Assembly (NCBI GenBank): GCA_023416745.1
Contig: JAEZHF010000022.1
Coordinates: forward strand, 168 to 64,167
Origin: Bacillota bacterium
GTDB lineage: Bacteria; Bacillota; Clostridia; Christensenellales; SZUA-584
Length of the DNA stretch: 64,000 bases
Reading direction: 5' to 3'
The first letter of the stretch is position 1; each line of letters starts with the position of its first letter. Under the pieces are notes generated by a model. That model was not told the DNA's origin. It was given only the letters and a program-made list of their open reading frames with translations, and made no database searches. The position numbers were made by a program, and so were the translations under genes. Shown piece by piece: positions 63,524 to 64,000 of this stretch.

Positions 63524-63892
63524 TTAGGAGGCGACCCAATAAATATTACCATTATTCCAACTCATAACGGTACTTGTTATCAAGTTCGGTAGTTTTATGT
63601 TTAACTTATCATTACTCCAGATGTCCCAGTTCCATCCTCTAGTTATATAAGCTGCAGATGTTATCCAGCGCTGCTCTTTCGGAGGAATTATCCCCTCTTC
63701 TATCATTTTCAAAAGACCTTTCATTTCGGGTATAATAGTCTTTTCGATTTGATCAACTGTCGCCTGCTTATTATTACCCATAGAAATATCGAGTAATTCT
63801 TCTTGGCATATTGAAAGTATTTCTTCAATGTCATTTTTAAAATCATTTAATAAGTATCTCATATTTTTGCGTTGTACTCCCGCGCTTGTCAT
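63524..63892 (-). CDS. hypothetical protein (122 aa; alternative start MRYLLND at 63862)
   Basis: Track ORF in the AT-rich flank. The text is helical and charged (DIEEILSICQEELLDISMG, IEKTIIPEMKGLLKMIEEG) with a Trp-rich tail. No family recognised and the RBS is weak. Confidence 0.4.
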   Translation of the reverse strand: MTSAGVQRKNMRYLLNDFKNDIEEILSICQEELLDISMGNNKQATVDQIEKTIIPEMKGLLKMIEEGIIPPKEQRWITSAAYITRGWNWDIWSNDKLNIKLPNLITSTVMSWNNGNIYWVAS

Positions 63893-64000
63893 AATGATAG
63901 AAGTAATAATAGTTATCCTTATACGAGAACCTCACATCAAATATAATACTAAGTATATCTCCCATTATTCAACATTATTTCTTTATTCTTCGTCATCCAG

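Overview
GC-rich chromosomal segment with AT-rich spacers. The signals look Firmicutes/Clostridia-like: AGGAGG ribosome-binding sites, TTGACA/TATAAT promoters, LxxC lipoboxes, and a B. subtilis-like arg operon order. The organism cannot be assigned from this window.

Contents, left to right:
1. An AT-rich flank holding the 5' part of a lipoprotein gene.
2. A minus-strand adaptor/ATPase/permease (HlyD + MacB/FtsX-type) exporter, preceded by a small Cys/Trp-rich ORF.
3. A tightly coupled ~17.5 kb Wzx/Wzy-type surface-polysaccharide locus (4.2-21.8 kb). It encodes a DegT aminotransferase, a PglF/CapD dehydratase, a PglC-type priming transferase, 4 glycosyltransferases, an EpsG-type polymerase, a flippase, a Wzz fused to a degenerate BY-kinase domain, a FemX-like aminoacyl transferase, two RimL-type GNATs, and two paralogous membrane-anchored beta-helix proteins.
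4. An arginine operon argC-argB-argD-[structured repeat spacer]-carB-argF-GNAT. It lacks argJ and carA.
5. An araA + ChvE/GguAB-like ABC transporter operon.
6. A DeoR regulator with an ABC ATPase that has no permease or binding protein nearby.
7. A CE4 deacetylase and an MmyB-type regulator/VOC pair.
8. About 20 kb of co-directional sugar genes (41.5-61.6 kb): xylA, MFS, four xylose-isomerase-like TIM barrels, Gfo/Idh/MocA, a ribose-type ABC transporter, a PMI-fold protein, an FGGY kinase, LacI, two Zn-ADHs, GH4, and a phosphoketose 3-epimerase.
9. An AT-rich right flank with a frameshifted GNAT gene.

No rRNA, tRNA, CRISPR array, transposase or integrase was recognised.

Most interesting observations:
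- the aminoacyl-tRNA-type (FemX-like) enzyme inside the polysaccharide locus
- the keto-sugar-style catabolic island
- a three-copy structured intergenic element with compensatory stem changes
- a recurring CG-centred operator-like motif

All functional calls come from reading the translated sequences; no database search was run.
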